Positions 7,765 to 16,810 are shown, counted from the stretch's first letter. The stretch: 32,000 bases of DNA from Candidatus Saccharimonadota bacterium (GCA_022843095.1 JALHOH010000001.1:150001-182000), one strand, 5' to 3'. Notes: generated from the letters alone by a model not told the origin. A program made the numbers and translations.

Positions 7765-8790
7765 ATGGCGTTTTTACGCGTGCATCTTGCAAGAATCGCC
7801 TTTATCGTGTTCGCGCTGGTCTTCATGAATTGGGCGCAATTTTTGCTGACCACCATTTTTTTAGAATACGGCGGTTCTTGGATGGCGTTTTTAGCCCAAG
7901 GCGTCGATGGCCGATTTGCGACCGCCCAACTTCTTAACCTCCTGTTCGGGATGTTGTTTGGATCGCTCTTTGCGTTTTTTGTGGTGCGCGGTGAACGATC
8001 CGGATCGTTTCCACTCGTACCAAAAGCCTTACAGGGAAAGAATACAGATCCTTTGCAAATTCAAAAACAGGCAAATGATGCCAAATGTAACACAATCCAT
8101 GTCATTGCAGATCAATTACAAAACGGTCACTCCGTTCTCTTGAACAATCTCGCGCTTCTGCGGGATAAAGAGATGGGGAAACTCTCGGCAACCCAAGAAC
8201 GCATTCTGCATGCAACCGAACGTGCCACGCGTCGGATGGAGCAGCAGCTCCAATCGTTGCAACTCACACTCCAACTAGATAACAACACTTTTGTATTGCA
8301 GCTCGCGCCCGTACAACCAGCAAAACTCTTACGCCAAATCGTAGCCGCATTCCAACCAGCGGCAAAATTAGCCGGGGTCAAACTCACCGTTTCGACACGC
8401 CAACCAAATCTCGTGATGGACTTGGATACGGAAAAAATAGCGTATGCGCTGCGTAGCCTGTTAGATAATGCGCTTCAATACACACCCGAACATGGTACGG
8501 TCCAAGCCTCGTTTGAGGTAGGAGAGGGGCGCGCATTGTTCTTGGTCAAGGATTCGGGGATTGGCGTGCCAACGCAGGAACAAAAATATCTTTTTGGCAA
8601 ATACTACCGTGGCACACAGGCGGATGAATACACCCCGGAGGGCGCAGGGCTCGGGCTCTATCTGACCAAAATGATTGCGCGCGCGCATGGCGGAGACGTC
8701 GAACTTGTCTCGCGCCCTGGGGTTGGAACTGAGGTCCTCATTAGTTTACCGTTTTCAAGATCCTCATCTCTCCACTTGACAGATACGTAG
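7765..8790 (+). CDS. sensor histidine kinase (membrane-anchored, HATPase_c domain), no cognate response regulator adjacent
   Basis: ORF 7744..8790, start moved to ATG 7765. It has two N-terminal TM segments and a DHp-like helix with His (QERILHATERATRRMEQQ). The N box is LRSLLDNALQYTP, G1 is VKDSGIGVP and G2 is GAGLGLYLTKMIARAHGG. Confidence 0.85.
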   Translation: MAFLRVHLARIAFIVFALVFMNWAQFLLTTIFLEYGGSWMAFLAQGVDGRFATAQLLNLLFGMLFGSLFAFFVVRGERSGSFPLVPKALQGKNTDPLQIQKQANDAKCNTIHVIADQLQNGHSVLLNNLALLRDKEMGKLSATQERILHATERATRRMEQQLQSLQLTLQLDNNTFVLQLAPVQPAKLLRQIVAAFQPAAKLAGVKLTVSTRQPNLVMDLDTEKIAYALRSLLDNALQYTPEHGTVQASFEVGEGRALFLVKDSGIGVPTQEQKYLFGKYYRGTQADEYTPEGAGLGLYLTKMIARAHGGDVELVSRPGVGTEVLISLPFSRSSSLHLTDT

Positions 8791-8862
8791 GATCTTCCCC
8801 GTTTATTACGTACCATACAGAGGAATGGCGGAGGTTACCGCCTTTGTAGCCAACTCAAACGT

Positions 8863-9360
8863 ATGATGTGCCCCATGTGCAAACAAGATCCTTGCCAGTG
8901 CTGCAATAAATACGACTGCAAGAGCTGGGCGCTCCTGATTCTTCGCATCGCGCTCGGTGTTGTATTCGTCTATCACGGCTACGGCAAACTCTTTGGAGAA
9001 AACCCGGGGATGGAAAAATTCATCGGCATGCTGACGATGATGAAGTTCCCGCTCCCCATGGTGTTCGGCTATCTCGCCGCGCTGTCTGAATTCGTCGGTG
9101 GGATCGCGATCTTGTTGGGCGTTTGGACGCGTGTGTTCGGCTCCTTGATTGCGGTGGTCATGGCGGTGGCGATCATCTTTGCAAAGAAATTTGCCTATCC
9201 GGCCATCGAAATCGACCTGGGACTCCTCGCGATCGCGGTCAGCTTGGTACTCATGGGTCCGGGCAAGTACTCCGTCGCCGCAAAACTCAAGCCATCCTCG
9301 TTTGACGTGATGGGTTGCGCGCATGGTTGCAAAGGCGAATGTGAAGGGATGAAGAAATAA
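8863..9360 (+). CDS. DoxX-family membrane protein with Cys-rich N- and C-terminal extensions
   Basis: DoxX core WALLILRIALGVVFVYHGYGKLFG with four TM segments. The start is uncertain: ATG 8863 and 8866 lie inside a -10-like TATGAT (8862-8867), so ATG 8875 (MCKQDP...) may be the true start. Confidence 0.8.
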   Translation: MMCPMCKQDPCQCCNKYDCKSWALLILRIALGVVFVYHGYGKLFGENPGMEKFIGMLTMMKFPLPMVFGYLAALSEFVGGIAILLGVWTRVFGSLIAVVMAVAIIFAKKFAYPAIEIDLGLLAIAVSLVLMGPGKYSVAAKLKPSSFDVMGCAHGCKGECEGMKK

Positions 9361-9375
9361 CCGTCCGGTCGGAAC

Positions 9376-9404
9376 AAAAAGACGCCCTCGTAGGGGCGTC
9401 TTTT
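9376..9404. terminator. bidirectional terminator between the convergent DoxX and FemAB-like genes
   Basis: GACGCCC (9381-9387) pairs with GGGCGTC (9394-9400). It is flanked by A5 and T4 and overlaps the FemAB-like stop codon. Confidence 0.75.
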
Positions 9405-10434
9405 ATCGTTTCAACAATCTTCGCTGGGGAAACAGGAGATGATACACCCACGGATGCGGCTCCGGGTCGTCCCAGGTTCCCAGTAAATCCGTTTGAATCC
9501 CTCCAAATCCTCGTTTAAACCGCGTAATCCCCTCCCAACGTGGACGATAGGTCCGCATCGCAACAGAGAGCGGATTCGCACCCCACAAATCGTACCAGCG
9601 GGCACCTGAGGCCTTTGCGGCGCGCATCGCCTCCCATTGCAACAGATACGGCGCCATCACCTGGCGGTTCGCGCTCGAAGATGCGCCATGCAGATACGTC
9701 ACCGTATCACCAAACCAAATCTCCATGTTGGCGGCGAGCACCTTGCCTTCATATTCCGCCACGCGCAGCTTCGCCATGCCGTTCGACGCAAGCGCCTCAA
9801 ATGTCGCTTGAAGATGGCGATCGTCGTGCGACAAAAACTGATCGCGTTCAGCCGTTTCGCGGGTCAACGTAAGAAACGTCGGGAGATCCTGTGACGTTCC
9901 TTCGCGGATCGTAACTCCATGCTTTGCCGCAAGCCGCACGTTGTACCGCGTTTTTTGTGCCATGTTGGCAAGCAATCCTTCTTCCGATTGCGCAAGATCC
10001 AGTAAGATGGTCGACGAAGGATTGTACGAACGCGTAGGAAAAACCCACGGCGGAATCACCCCTTCCCCCTCCTCCATCCGCAGCATCGGTTCGACCCGAT
10101 AAAACAGCGTCCGACCGGGCCAGCGCGCATCTTCGACCGCCTCCAAAAAGGCGCGCATCACCTCACGCTCTCTCCCATTCGCACCGGCAAGAAACACCGG
10201 GCCACGCGGCGCGAACCAATATCCGAACCATCGCCGCGCATGCCAAAACCACTGCGCAACAACCACCGGGATCCCTTCCTCCTCCAGGACAACGCGTTTA
10301 ATGGCATGCCCCTCGGACTGCTGAAACGCACCCCACGCCCAGGACTGCGGAAATGATGCGTATGAAGCAGACGCGATAAACCCATCCCATACACGAGGAT
10401 CCGTCACTTCACGCAACAAAAACCGTGAAGCCAT
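9403..10434 (-). CDS. FemAB-family peptidoglycan bridge-formation aminoacyl/glycyl transferase
   Basis: 343 aa. The N-terminus ...DPRVWDGFIASASYASFPQSWAWGAFQQSEGH and the overall pattern (RYNVRLAAKHGV, TYLHGASS, WYDLWG) are typical of lipid II:glycine glycyltransferase/FemX-like proteins. The ATG lies 2 nt after the ruvA stop. Confidence 0.8.
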   Translation of the reverse strand: MASRFLLREVTDPRVWDGFIASASYASFPQSWAWGAFQQSEGHAIKRVVLEEEGIPVVVAQWFWHARRWFGYWFAPRGPVFLAGANGREREVMRAFLEAVEDARWPGRTLFYRVEPMLRMEEGEGVIPPWVFPTRSYNPSSTILLDLAQSEEGLLANMAQKTRYNVRLAAKHGVTIREGTSQDLPTFLTLTRETAERDQFLSHDDRHLQATFEALASNGMAKLRVAEYEGKVLAANMEIWFGDTVTYLHGASSSANRQVMAPYLLQWEAMRAAKASGARWYDLWGANPLSVAMRTYRPRWEGITRFKRGFGGIQTDLLGTWDDPEPHPWVYHLLFPQRRLLKR

Positions 10435-10436
10435 AG

Positions 10437-10994
10437 TTAGCGAGACAATCGCTTCAACGCTTCGCGCACACGGTCGCCCGTACTTTTCGCCGTCTCAGGT
10501 AAGTCTTTGACCGCCTCGCGCGCATCCGCGGCGGCATATCCAAGCGCGACAAGCGCCTCCACCACCTCGCGATCTTCCGTCGGCGCTTCAGCGACCTCCA
10601 CCAATTGCCCTTTCAGTTCGAGTACAATTTTTTGCGCCGTCTTTTTTCCGACTCCCGGCACCGAGGTCAATGCCTCCACATCTCCGCGCATGATCGCGTC
10701 TTGAATCACGCTCGCATCCCCAATTCCCATGATGGTCATCGCCACTTTTGGACCAACGCCATTTACCGTCAGCAACTTCCGAAACACGCGCAACGTGCCA
10801 AGATCCAAAAAGCCATACAAATCATGGACGTCTTCACGGATCACTTCGTGGATATACAAAAAAGTCGTTTCGTCGGTACGAAGCGCAGAAGCCGTTCCCG
10901 TCGGCACCACCACGCGATACCCAACACCCAGCACTTCCAGCAAACAATCCTGAATCCCCACTTCAAGCACCTGTCCGCGGAGCGAGCCGATCAT
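10437..10994 (-). CDS. ruvA: Holliday junction branch migration complex subunit RuvA
   Basis: ORF 10437..11039, start moved to ATG 10994 (MIGSLRGQVLEV...). OB-fold N-terminus, HhH motifs (LLTVNGVGPKVAMTI, LTSVPGVGKKTAQKIVLELK) and C-terminal domain III. Confidence 0.9.
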   Translation of the reverse strand: MIGSLRGQVLEVGIQDCLLEVLGVGYRVVVPTGTASALRTDETTFLYIHEVIREDVHDLYGFLDLGTLRVFRKLLTVNGVGPKVAMTIMGIGDASVIQDAIMRGDVEALTSVPGVGKKTAQKIVLELKGQLVEVAEAPTEDREVVEALVALGYAAADAREAVKDLPETAKSTGDRVREALKRLSR

Positions 10995-11002
10995 ATGCAC
11001 CG

Positions 11003-11008
11003 AGTGTA
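11003..11008 (-). promoter_or_regulatory. -10 box TACACT 8 nt upstream of the ruvA ATG
   Basis: On the - strand: TACACT-cggtgc-AT-ATG. Geometry is identical to yebC (18920-18925). It sits just downstream of terminator 11030-11060. Confidence 0.4.
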
Positions 11009-11029
11009 AAAGAAAGCGCCTGTTCCGGC

Positions 11030-11060
11030 AAAAAAACACCCCCGCGCAGAAACGCAGGGG
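11030..11060 (-). terminator. rho-independent terminator closing the two-gene cassette upstream of ruvA
   Basis: On the - strand: CCCCTGCG-tttctg-CGCGGGGG (8 bp with one G.U) followed by TGTTTTTTT. It lies 13 nt after the TAA at 11073. Confidence 0.75.
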
Positions 11061-11072
11061 CTGTGTGACCGA

Positions 11073-11429
11073 TTAGGACGCCACGGTCGGGATCGGGATC
11101 GAATGCGAGGGCGTACGAATCCCCTGCCGAATCGGTGGCGCGTCTTGCGGACGCGTCCCCGTTGCGAGATACGCCCGAACGACGACGCAGTCTTGGTCGT
11201 AACACGTAATCTCAAGGTACGGGCGCCCGTCAGAATCGACGCGCTCGATCAGACCGCGAATTCTCCACGGAAGCAGGATCTCCACCCCTTCCGTCTCGAG
11301 CGCCGGCGATTGGGCGAATCGCACCATCAGTTCGCCGTAGAGCGCCGGGACTTGGCCCAACACCACCGGGCAATGCGTGAGACGCTGAATGAGTTTCAGC
11401 TTCTCTTCCTCTTGTTTCTCACTTTCCAC
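11073..11429 (-). CDS. hypothetical protein (about 118 aa), partner of the deoxyribosyltransferase-like gene
   Basis: ORF 11073..11435. GGAGG (11439-11435) overlaps the first GTG, so GTG 11429 (5-nt spacer) is the likelier start. It begins 10-16 nt after the upstream stop. No family is recognised. Confidence 0.5.
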   Translation of the reverse strand: MESEKQEEEKLKLIQRLTHCPVVLGQVPALYGELMVRFAQSPALETEGVEILLPWRIRGLIERVDSDGRPYLEITCYDQDCVVVRAYLATGTRPQDAPPIRQGIRTPSHSIPIPTVAS

Positions 11430-11444
11430 AGACACCTCCAGAGC

Positions 11445-11963
11445 TCACACAGTGGCGGTTTTTGCCGGCTTTGTCAAGGCATCCAGCCGAACCAACGCAT
11501 TCGCAACCGTGACCGCAAGGGTCGACGCAAACGAGATGTGATACCGTTCACAATCCCGTGCGAGGAGCCTCGTATGCACTGCCCAGTCCGGTGCGCCCAA
11601 CACACAACGCTCCGGCGTCGCTCGGGAATACCGCCCCCAGTAGAGCGTCGCATCGAGACCAAGCATCGAATCGGTTTCGCGCGGAAAAAAGAACAAAAGC
11701 ACGGTCGCGGAGGCAAGCGCCTCATCTTCCCAGTCCAACTGATCTTCGTAGGATCCCTTCCCAGCTGGGGTCCGGAAATACTCGGGACACAGCACCGTGA
11801 CCCGAACATCGGTCGCATCGATCAAGTTCAACGCTTCCATGCGCCACCCCTGATCGCGCGGACGGTTTGGTGTCGGACCCACCAGCAAAATGGATGGTCC
11901 AAGTGGATCTGGAATCCGATCTTCAAGGTACAGATCCCGCATGCGCGGGATTCGTTTCACCAT
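11445..11963 (-). CDS. nucleoside 2-deoxyribosyltransferase-like domain protein (Nuc_deoxyri_tr2 type)
   Basis: ORF 11445..12011, start moved to ATG 11963 (GGAGG plus 8-nt spacer). The pattern ILLVGPTPNR...GWRMEA...VLCPE...YEDQLDWEDEAL...VLLFFFPRE...LYWG matches my recollection of this family (LAGPTPR..WR.EA..PE..Y.DQV.WE.EAL..FW.PR). Confidence 0.6.
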   Translation of the reverse strand: MVKRIPRMRDLYLEDRIPDPLGPSILLVGPTPNRPRDQGWRMEALNLIDATDVRVTVLCPEYFRTPAGKGSYEDQLDWEDEALASATVLLFFFPRETDSMLGLDATLYWGRYSRATPERCVLGAPDWAVHTRLLARDCERYHISFASTLAVTVANALVRLDALTKPAKTATV

Positions 11964-12002
11964 GGTTGCAACCTCCGCGTGTGTTGTATGACAGGACGCT
12001 GA

Positions 12003-12038
12003 AAAAAGCAAAACCCCTCCACGAATGGAGGGGTTTTA
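12003..12038 (-). terminator. rho-independent terminator after gyrA (hairpin is symmetric, usable in both directions)
   Basis: CCCCTCC (12014-12020) pairs with GGAGGGG (12027-12033) around a 6-nt loop. A/T runs lie on both sides; on the - strand it is followed by TTTTGCTTTTTTC. Confidence 0.8.
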
Positions 12039-12044
12039 TTCACA

Positions 12045-14552
12045 TTACGCCTCGTCTACGACCACGCTTGGGTCACCTGCCATGGCGCCAACGAACGCCA
12101 CACTGCTGACCAAGTCCCCCGCTTCTTTGAAACGCATGACGCGCACGCCTTGGGTATCGCGTCCAAGCGACGGCACGCTCGAGAACGGAACGCGAATCAC
12201 GATCCCCTTCTTCGAGATGATCACCAAATCGCGATCATCGTCTGCCCCGCTGATAAATGCGCCCACCACTTTTCCGGTCTTGCTGGACACATGCGCCGTC
12301 CGGATTCCGCTCCCGGCGCGTCCCTGCACCTTGTACTCCTTCAAACTCGTGCGCTTCCCCATTCCATTTTCTGTGATCGTGAAGAGCTCGATCATCCCTT
12401 GGTCTGCAAGCGTCGGATTGATGATATCCATACCCACGACCTCATCATCTCCCTTCAGCTTGATCCCGCGGACACCGGCGGCATTGCGACCCATGGGACG
12501 CACATCTTCTTCGCTGAAGCGGATGCTTTGTCCTTCGCGTGTCACCAACGACAAATCGTCTTTCCCGGTAGACGGCTTCACCCAGGTCAATTCATCCCCA
12601 TCGTTTAGGTTGATGGCGATCAACCCGTTGCGACGCACGTTTTCAAATTCGGAGAGCTCCGTCTTCTTCACCGTTCCGCGACTCGTCACCATAAAGAGGT
12701 ACTTCGCCCCTTCCATATCATCCATCGGAAGTGTCACCGATACTTTTTCGCCCGGCGCAAGTTGCAAGAAGTTGACCACGGCTTGCCCCTTGGATGTGCG
12801 GCTTCCTTCTGGCAATTCATACGCTTTCAATCGGAACGCACGGCCACGCGTCGTGAAAAACAACATTTCCGAATGCGTGTTTGCCGAGAACAACTGCTGC
12901 ACGCGATCCTCTTCCTTGGTTTCCAGTCCGATCACCCCTTTTCCGCCACGACCTTGCGTCTTAAAGGTGTCCGGCGAAATGCGCTTGATATACCCATCTG
13001 CGGTCAACATGATGATCGTATCCTCTTTCGGGATCAGATCCTCGACCGAAAACTCTCCAAGGGCACCGGAAATAATCTTCGTGCGTCGCTCGTCGCCGAA
13101 CTTTTCTTTCATGTCCAGCACCTCTTGCTTCACGATCCCAAGCATCTTTTTCGCAGACGCAAGGATACTTTCCAGCTCTTCGATCAACTTCCGCTTTTCC
13201 TCCCATTCCTGCTCGATGCGCAAGCGTTCCAGGTTGGCGAGCTGCTGGAGACGCATTTCCAAAATCGCGCCGGTCTGGATTTCGGACAACTTGAACTTCT
13301 TGATCAAGTTCTCACGCGCTTCATCTTTATCCTTGGATTTCTTGATGGTCGCGATCACGTCGTCAATGTTGAGAAGCGCGATCCTCAACCCATCCAAAAT
13401 ATGCATGCGCTCCTTCGCGCGGGCGAGTTCATATTCCGTGCGGCGGCGAACGACGTCCTTGCGATGTGCGACGTATTCTTCGATCAGCCCCTTCAAATTC
13501 AACACGCGTGGCTGAATCCCATCCACCAAACACAAGGTGTTCAAGTGGAACGTCTCTTGCAGCTGCGTCATCTTGAACAACAGGTTCAACACTTTCTTTG
13601 GATACGCGTCTTTTTTCAGCTCAATCACGATGCGAATCCCTTCTTTGTTGGATTCGTCGCGCAGGTCGCGGATCCCTTCTAATTTCTTTTCATTCACCAG
13701 TTCGGCAATCTTTTCGAGCAACTGCGCCTTGTTGACCTGATACGGGATCTCCGTCACCAAAATACGGAACGTCCCGGCTTTTTCTTCCACAATTTCCGTC
13801 TTGGCGCGCATGACAACCCCACCCTTCCCCGTTGCGTACGCCGCCTTGATCGCATTCTTGTCGTAGATGATGCCTCCTGTCGGAAAATCCGGCCCGGGAA
13901 TGAACTTCACCAGGTCATCAATGGAAATTTCCGGATCTTCGATCACGGCGATAATCCCATCGCACACCTCCGTCAGGTTGTGCGGCGGAATATTGGTCGC
14001 CATCCCGACAGCGATCCCAAGCGTTCCGTTCAAAAGCAAGTTCGGGAGTTTTGCCGGCAACACTTTTGGTTCATCGTGTTCACCGTCAAAGTTGGGCTTA
14101 AAATCAACGGTATCTTTATCGATATCGATCAACAATTCTTCGGCGATGGCAGCGAGCTTTGCTTCCGTGTAGCGATACGCGGCCGCCGAGTCGCCGTCGA
14201 TCGAACCAAAGTTCCCCTGCCCTTTGATCAAGGGATAGCGCAAGCTAAAATCCTGCGCCATGCGCACCATGGAATCGTAGACCGCCGAGTCGCCGTGCGG
14301 GTGATACTTGGCGAGTACTTCCCCAACGACGGATGCGGATTTTTTAAATCGCCCTCCTGCACGCAGCCCTTGCTGCCACATCGCATATAAAATACGACGG
14401 TGTACCGGCTTTAATCCATCGCGGACGTCCGGAAGCGCACGGTCCACGATGACGGACATGGCATAGGTCAAAAACGAGGTTTCAATCTCGTTCACCAGCG
14501 CGGCTGGTTCAATCTTTCCCACAAATGCGGGCAGCTGGGATTGTTCAGACAT
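12045..14552 (-). CDS. gyrA: DNA gyrase subunit A
   Basis: ORF 12045..14588, start moved to ATG 14552 (MSEQSQLP...). Contains [27 protein letters not shown], the QRDR region [10 protein letters not shown], the catalytic AAYRYTE tyrosine region and C-terminal beta-pinwheel repeats. Confidence 0.95.
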   Translation of the reverse strand: MSEQSQLPAFVGKIEPAALVNEIETSFLTYAMSVIVDRALPDVRDGLKPVHRRILYAMWQQGLRAGGRFKKSASVVGEVLAKYHPHGDSAVYDSMVRMAQDFSLRYPLIKGQGNFGSIDGDSAAAYRYTEAKLAAIAEELLIDIDKDTVDFKPNFDGEHDEPKVLPAKLPNLLLNGTLGIAVGMATNIPPHNLTEVCDGIIAVIEDPEISIDDLVKFIPGPDFPTGGIIYDKNAIKAAYATGKGGVVMRAKTEIVEEKAGTFRILVTEIPYQVNKAQLLEKIAELVNEKKLEGIRDLRDESNKEGIRIVIELKKDAYPKKVLNLLFKMTQLQETFHLNTLCLVDGIQPRVLNLKGLIEEYVAHRKDVVRRRTEYELARAKERMHILDGLRIALLNIDDVIATIKKSKDKDEARENLIKKFKLSEIQTGAILEMRLQQLANLERLRIEQEWEEKRKLIEELESILASAKKMLGIVKQEVLDMKEKFGDERRTKIISGALGEFSVEDLIPKEDTIIMLTADGYIKRISPDTFKTQGRGGKGVIGLETKEEDRVQQLFSANTHSEMLFFTTRGRAFRLKAYELPEGSRTSKGQAVVNFLQLAPGEKVSVTLPMDDMEGAKYLFMVTSRGTVKKTELSEFENVRRNGLIAINLNDGDELTWVKPSTGKDDLSLVTREGQSIRFSEEDVRPMGRNAAGVRGIKLKGDDEVVGMDIINPTLADQGMIELFTITENGMGKRTSLKEYKVQGRAGSGIRTAHVSSKTGKVVGAFISGADDDRDLVIISKKGIVIRVPFSSVPSLGRDTQGVRVMRFKEAGDLVSSVAFVGAMAGDPSVVVDEA

Positions 14553-14570
14553 AGCAAGATTTGTGGGGGC

Positions 14571-14579
14571 AGAATAGCA
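14571..14579 (-). promoter_or_regulatory. extended -10 promoter TGCTATTCT of gyrA (about 12-nt leader, no SD)
   Basis: The reverse complement of 14571-14579 is TGCTATTCT, the same 9-mer as at the tRNA-Ala and ruvC promoters. It lies directly downstream of terminator 14605-14629. Confidence 0.45.
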
Positions 14580-14604
14580 CACCGGCAATCCGTTGGGAGG
14601 GGGT

Positions 14605-14629
14605 CAAAAACCCCGCGTTTTAGCGGGGA
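14605..14629 (-). terminator. rho-independent terminator of the 158-aa membrane protein gene
   Basis: On the - strand: CCCCGC-taaaac-GCGGGG followed by TTTTTGACC. The TAA stop (14620-14622) sits in the loop. Confidence 0.7.
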
Positions 14630-15096
14630 TTTGTGGATGACGTGCGCGTCTCCGAGGTCAGACGCTCTGCCGCCCCGCGAAGTGCATCCTCGCGTAAACG
14701 CCGTTCCTCCGCAGAGACATCTTCTGCCGGTAACGGCGGAGTAGGCGTCACCACCTCTGGACGATCACTAGAAAATCGCTCCGTGTAGCTTTTTTTGATC
14801 GCATGAAGCAACGGGTCCGCATCCGCCGGAGCTTGCGCCTGGATGCTGGTCCCAATGGTGAGCGCGTAGCCTGCAACAACGGCGATAAAGGCGACCGCGG
14901 CCGTAACATACATCCCGAATCCGAGTGGTTGCGGCACGCGTCCGCGTGCAGCCGCATGTGCCAAGATGAGCTGGCGTTTTTGATCAGTGTTGACCAAAGG
15001 CAATTCCATCACATCCAATCCATCCGGTCCCAACTCAGTCGAGACCGGAGCACGGCGCACGCGCTTCACAGGCGAGCGGCGCATCACGCGCGGCAT
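14620..15096 (-). CDS. hypothetical single-pass membrane protein
   Basis: ORF 14620..15273, trimmed because its 5' part overlaps the upstream gene and terminator. Start set to ATG 15096 from promoter geometry (MPRVMRRSPVKR...). TM segment is FGMYVTAAVAFIAVVAGYALTIG. The start could also be 15102 or 15084. Confidence 0.5.
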   Translation of the reverse strand: MPRVMRRSPVKRVRRAPVSTELGPDGLDVMELPLVNTDQKRQLILAHAAARGRVPQPLGFGMYVTAAVAFIAVVAGYALTIGTSIQAQAPADADPLLHAIKKSYTERFSSDRPEVVTPTPPLPAEDVSAEERRLREDALRGAAERLTSETRTSSTNPR

Positions 15097-15104
15097 ATGC
15101 ATCC

Positions 15105-15113
15105 AGTATATCA
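15105..15113 (-). promoter_or_regulatory. extended -10 promoter TGATATACT (2-nt leader)
   Basis: On the - strand: TGaTATACT-ggatgc-AT-ATG(15096). It abuts the T-run of the upstream terminator. Confidence 0.45.
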
Positions 15114-15146
15114 AAAAACACACTCCGGAAAAACCGGAGTGTGTTT
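15113..15146 (-). terminator. rho-independent terminator after the MBL-fold hydrolase gene
   Basis: On the - strand: AACACACTCCGG-ttttt-CCGGAGTGTGTT (12 bp) followed by TTTTGA. It starts at the TAA stop. Confidence 0.85.
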
Positions 15147-15793
15147 TAGGCGCGTTCAAGCACCGTGACCAATAGATCTTCCGCGGGCAAATCTTTGCGG
15201 GAAATCTTGAGCTTGTTTCCATCCTGCCGCTTACACACGCCCAATTGCGTGCAAAATTGATCCGCCGTCCCAAACGTTTCCTTCAGTCCTTCAATGTGGT
15301 GATCGAGCGGAACCACGATGCGTGGTTCGACCTTTTGGATGATATCGATCGCCTGTTTCGCATCCAATTTTCCGTTTCCGCCAACCGGCAAAAGCAGGAT
15401 ATCGATGCTTTCCAGCTTTCCTAACTCCTGTTCCGTGAGTGCCCGGGTCGCCCCTCCCAAAAATCCCAAACTCATCCCTTCAATTTCAAACCGATAAATC
15501 AACGCGTGTTCCTGGTTTTTGTCGGATTCATCCAGAATCGGCGTCGCAAACGCAAACATCCCCTTCACTTCGTATTCTCCGGGAATATCCACCACAAACG
15601 GCTTATTCTCGAACGCATCCAACGCAAACTTTTTGCGATTCATGTGCGACAGCGCAACCACATCCGGGGTCAGATTCTTTGGGAATCGCAATCCGGAGTC
15701 CGCATCAAACGGGTCGGTCACAAGCGTCGCCTCCTGAAGACCCACGCTCGCTTCGATACGAACGCAGGACATCCCATGCCAGTAAATCTGCAT
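15146..15793 (-). CDS. MBL-fold metal-dependent hydrolase (UPF0173-like)
   Basis: 215 aa. The N-terminus MQIYWHGMSCVRIE and the length and pattern are typical of small MBL-fold hydrolases. The canonical HxHxDH motif is degenerate here (VVALSHMN), so catalytic status is uncertain. Confidence 0.65.
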   Translation of the reverse strand: MQIYWHGMSCVRIEASVGLQEATLVTDPFDADSGLRFPKNLTPDVVALSHMNRKKFALDAFENKPFVVDIPGEYEVKGMFAFATPILDESDKNQEHALIYRFEIEGMSLGFLGGATRALTEQELGKLESIDILLLPVGGNGKLDAKQAIDIIQKVEPRIVVPLDHHIEGLKETFGTADQFCTQLGVCKRQDGNKLKISRKDLPAEDLLVTVLERA

Positions 15794-15802
15794 ACGGCCT
15801 GG

Positions 15803-15811
15803 ATAGTATCA
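15803..15811 (-). promoter_or_regulatory. extended -10 promoter TGATACTAT 9 nt upstream of the hydrolase ATG
   Basis: The reverse complement of 15803-15811 is TGATACTAT. It sits in the loop of a GGCCTG/CAGGCC inverted repeat. ATG is at 15793. Confidence 0.4.
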
Positions 15812-15839
15812 GGCCGCGCACACACAAACAAGCGCCGCG

Positions 15840-16787
15840 CTAGGCGGATCGGTAGGCCTTGGCCGCGTCTTCTGGCGTAACCGGATTGATATAAAACCCC
15901 GATGAAATCTCGACTCCGGCCCAGGTGGTTAACCGTGGAACGAGGCGCAATTCCGCATGCTGATCCGGATCGCGCAGCAAATCCTGCGTAAAAATATTAT
16001 ACGCCGCCCCTTTCCCCCGGATAAACCGCAAACACACCGCGAGCGCATTTGCGAGCGATTGTCGTTCAGCGGCATGCGTTTTTCCCAAATGATCGACATG
16101 ACGTTTTGGCACGATGCGCACTTCATACGCAAAACGCGCTGCTGGATGCGCATACGCCAACGCATAGGCATCCTCATACACGACAAGCGCTCCACCGGAA
16201 CGATCGTCTATTTCATGACAAAACGGACACCGTTTACGATACGCTGATAAATAGTGCCACTGCGTTTGCCAGGATTGCATGCGCGGAGGCACAAACCCGG
16301 TTGCCCACAGTTGCGAATGCGGATGATGCAACGATGCGCCCGCCGCCGCTCCCTCGTTTTTGAACACCACCACATACCCGATGCGTGGATCTTCTGCGGC
16401 GGCTGTCATCCGCTTTGCCCAAAACCCCAGCATGTCCGCAAGCGCAGACGCAGACCATCTCTTTACGGATTCATGCGAAATTCCTTCGATCAACACCTCT
16501 TGATGACCGTAGGGCTGTCCCGGTTGTGTTCCCACGGCGGGAAACGCATTTGGAACGGCAAAAAAGGGCGCTTCACCCGATGCCGGCACGGACAAAAACT
16601 CCGCCGGCGGTAATTCACTCGGGCAAATGTGACAGCGCGCTTCTTTTGGAGGAATCCCGGGATTTCCATCGTCCTCTGCAAACAAAAACGTGTCGTGCGG
16701 ACGGGCCGTGCGCTTTGGCGCAAATAACACCCACTCTCCGGTGAGTTCATCCTGGACCATAAAACTCGACGCCTGCGCCAACGCCAT
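15840..16787 (-). CDS. galactose-1-phosphate uridylyltransferase-like HIT-superfamily nucleotidyltransferase
   Basis: ORF 15840..16805, start moved to ATG 16787 (MALAQASSF...). Active-site motif HHPHSQLWA, plus Cys/His metal ligands (CHICPSE, CPFCHE). Confidence 0.7.
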   Translation of the reverse strand: MALAQASSFMVQDELTGEWVLFAPKRTARPHDTFLFAEDDGNPGIPPKEARCHICPSELPPAEFLSVPASGEAPFFAVPNAFPAVGTQPGQPYGHQEVLIEGISHESVKRWSASALADMLGFWAKRMTAAAEDPRIGYVVVFKNEGAAAGASLHHPHSQLWATGFVPPRMQSWQTQWHYLSAYRKRCPFCHEIDDRSGGALVVYEDAYALAYAHPAARFAYEVRIVPKRHVDHLGKTHAAERQSLANALAVCLRFIRGKGAAYNIFTQDLLRDPDQHAELRLVPRLTTWAGVEISSGFYINPVTPEDAAKAYRSA

Positions 16788-16793
16788 ACTCCG

Positions 16794-16802
16794 ATGGTAC
16801 CA
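16794..16802 (-). promoter_or_regulatory. extended -10 promoter TGGTACCAT for a leaderless GalT-like mRNA
   Basis: On the - strand: TGgTACCAT-cggagt-ATG(16787). It lies immediately after the ruvC stop. Confidence 0.45.
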
Positions 16803-16810
16803 CATTTTTT

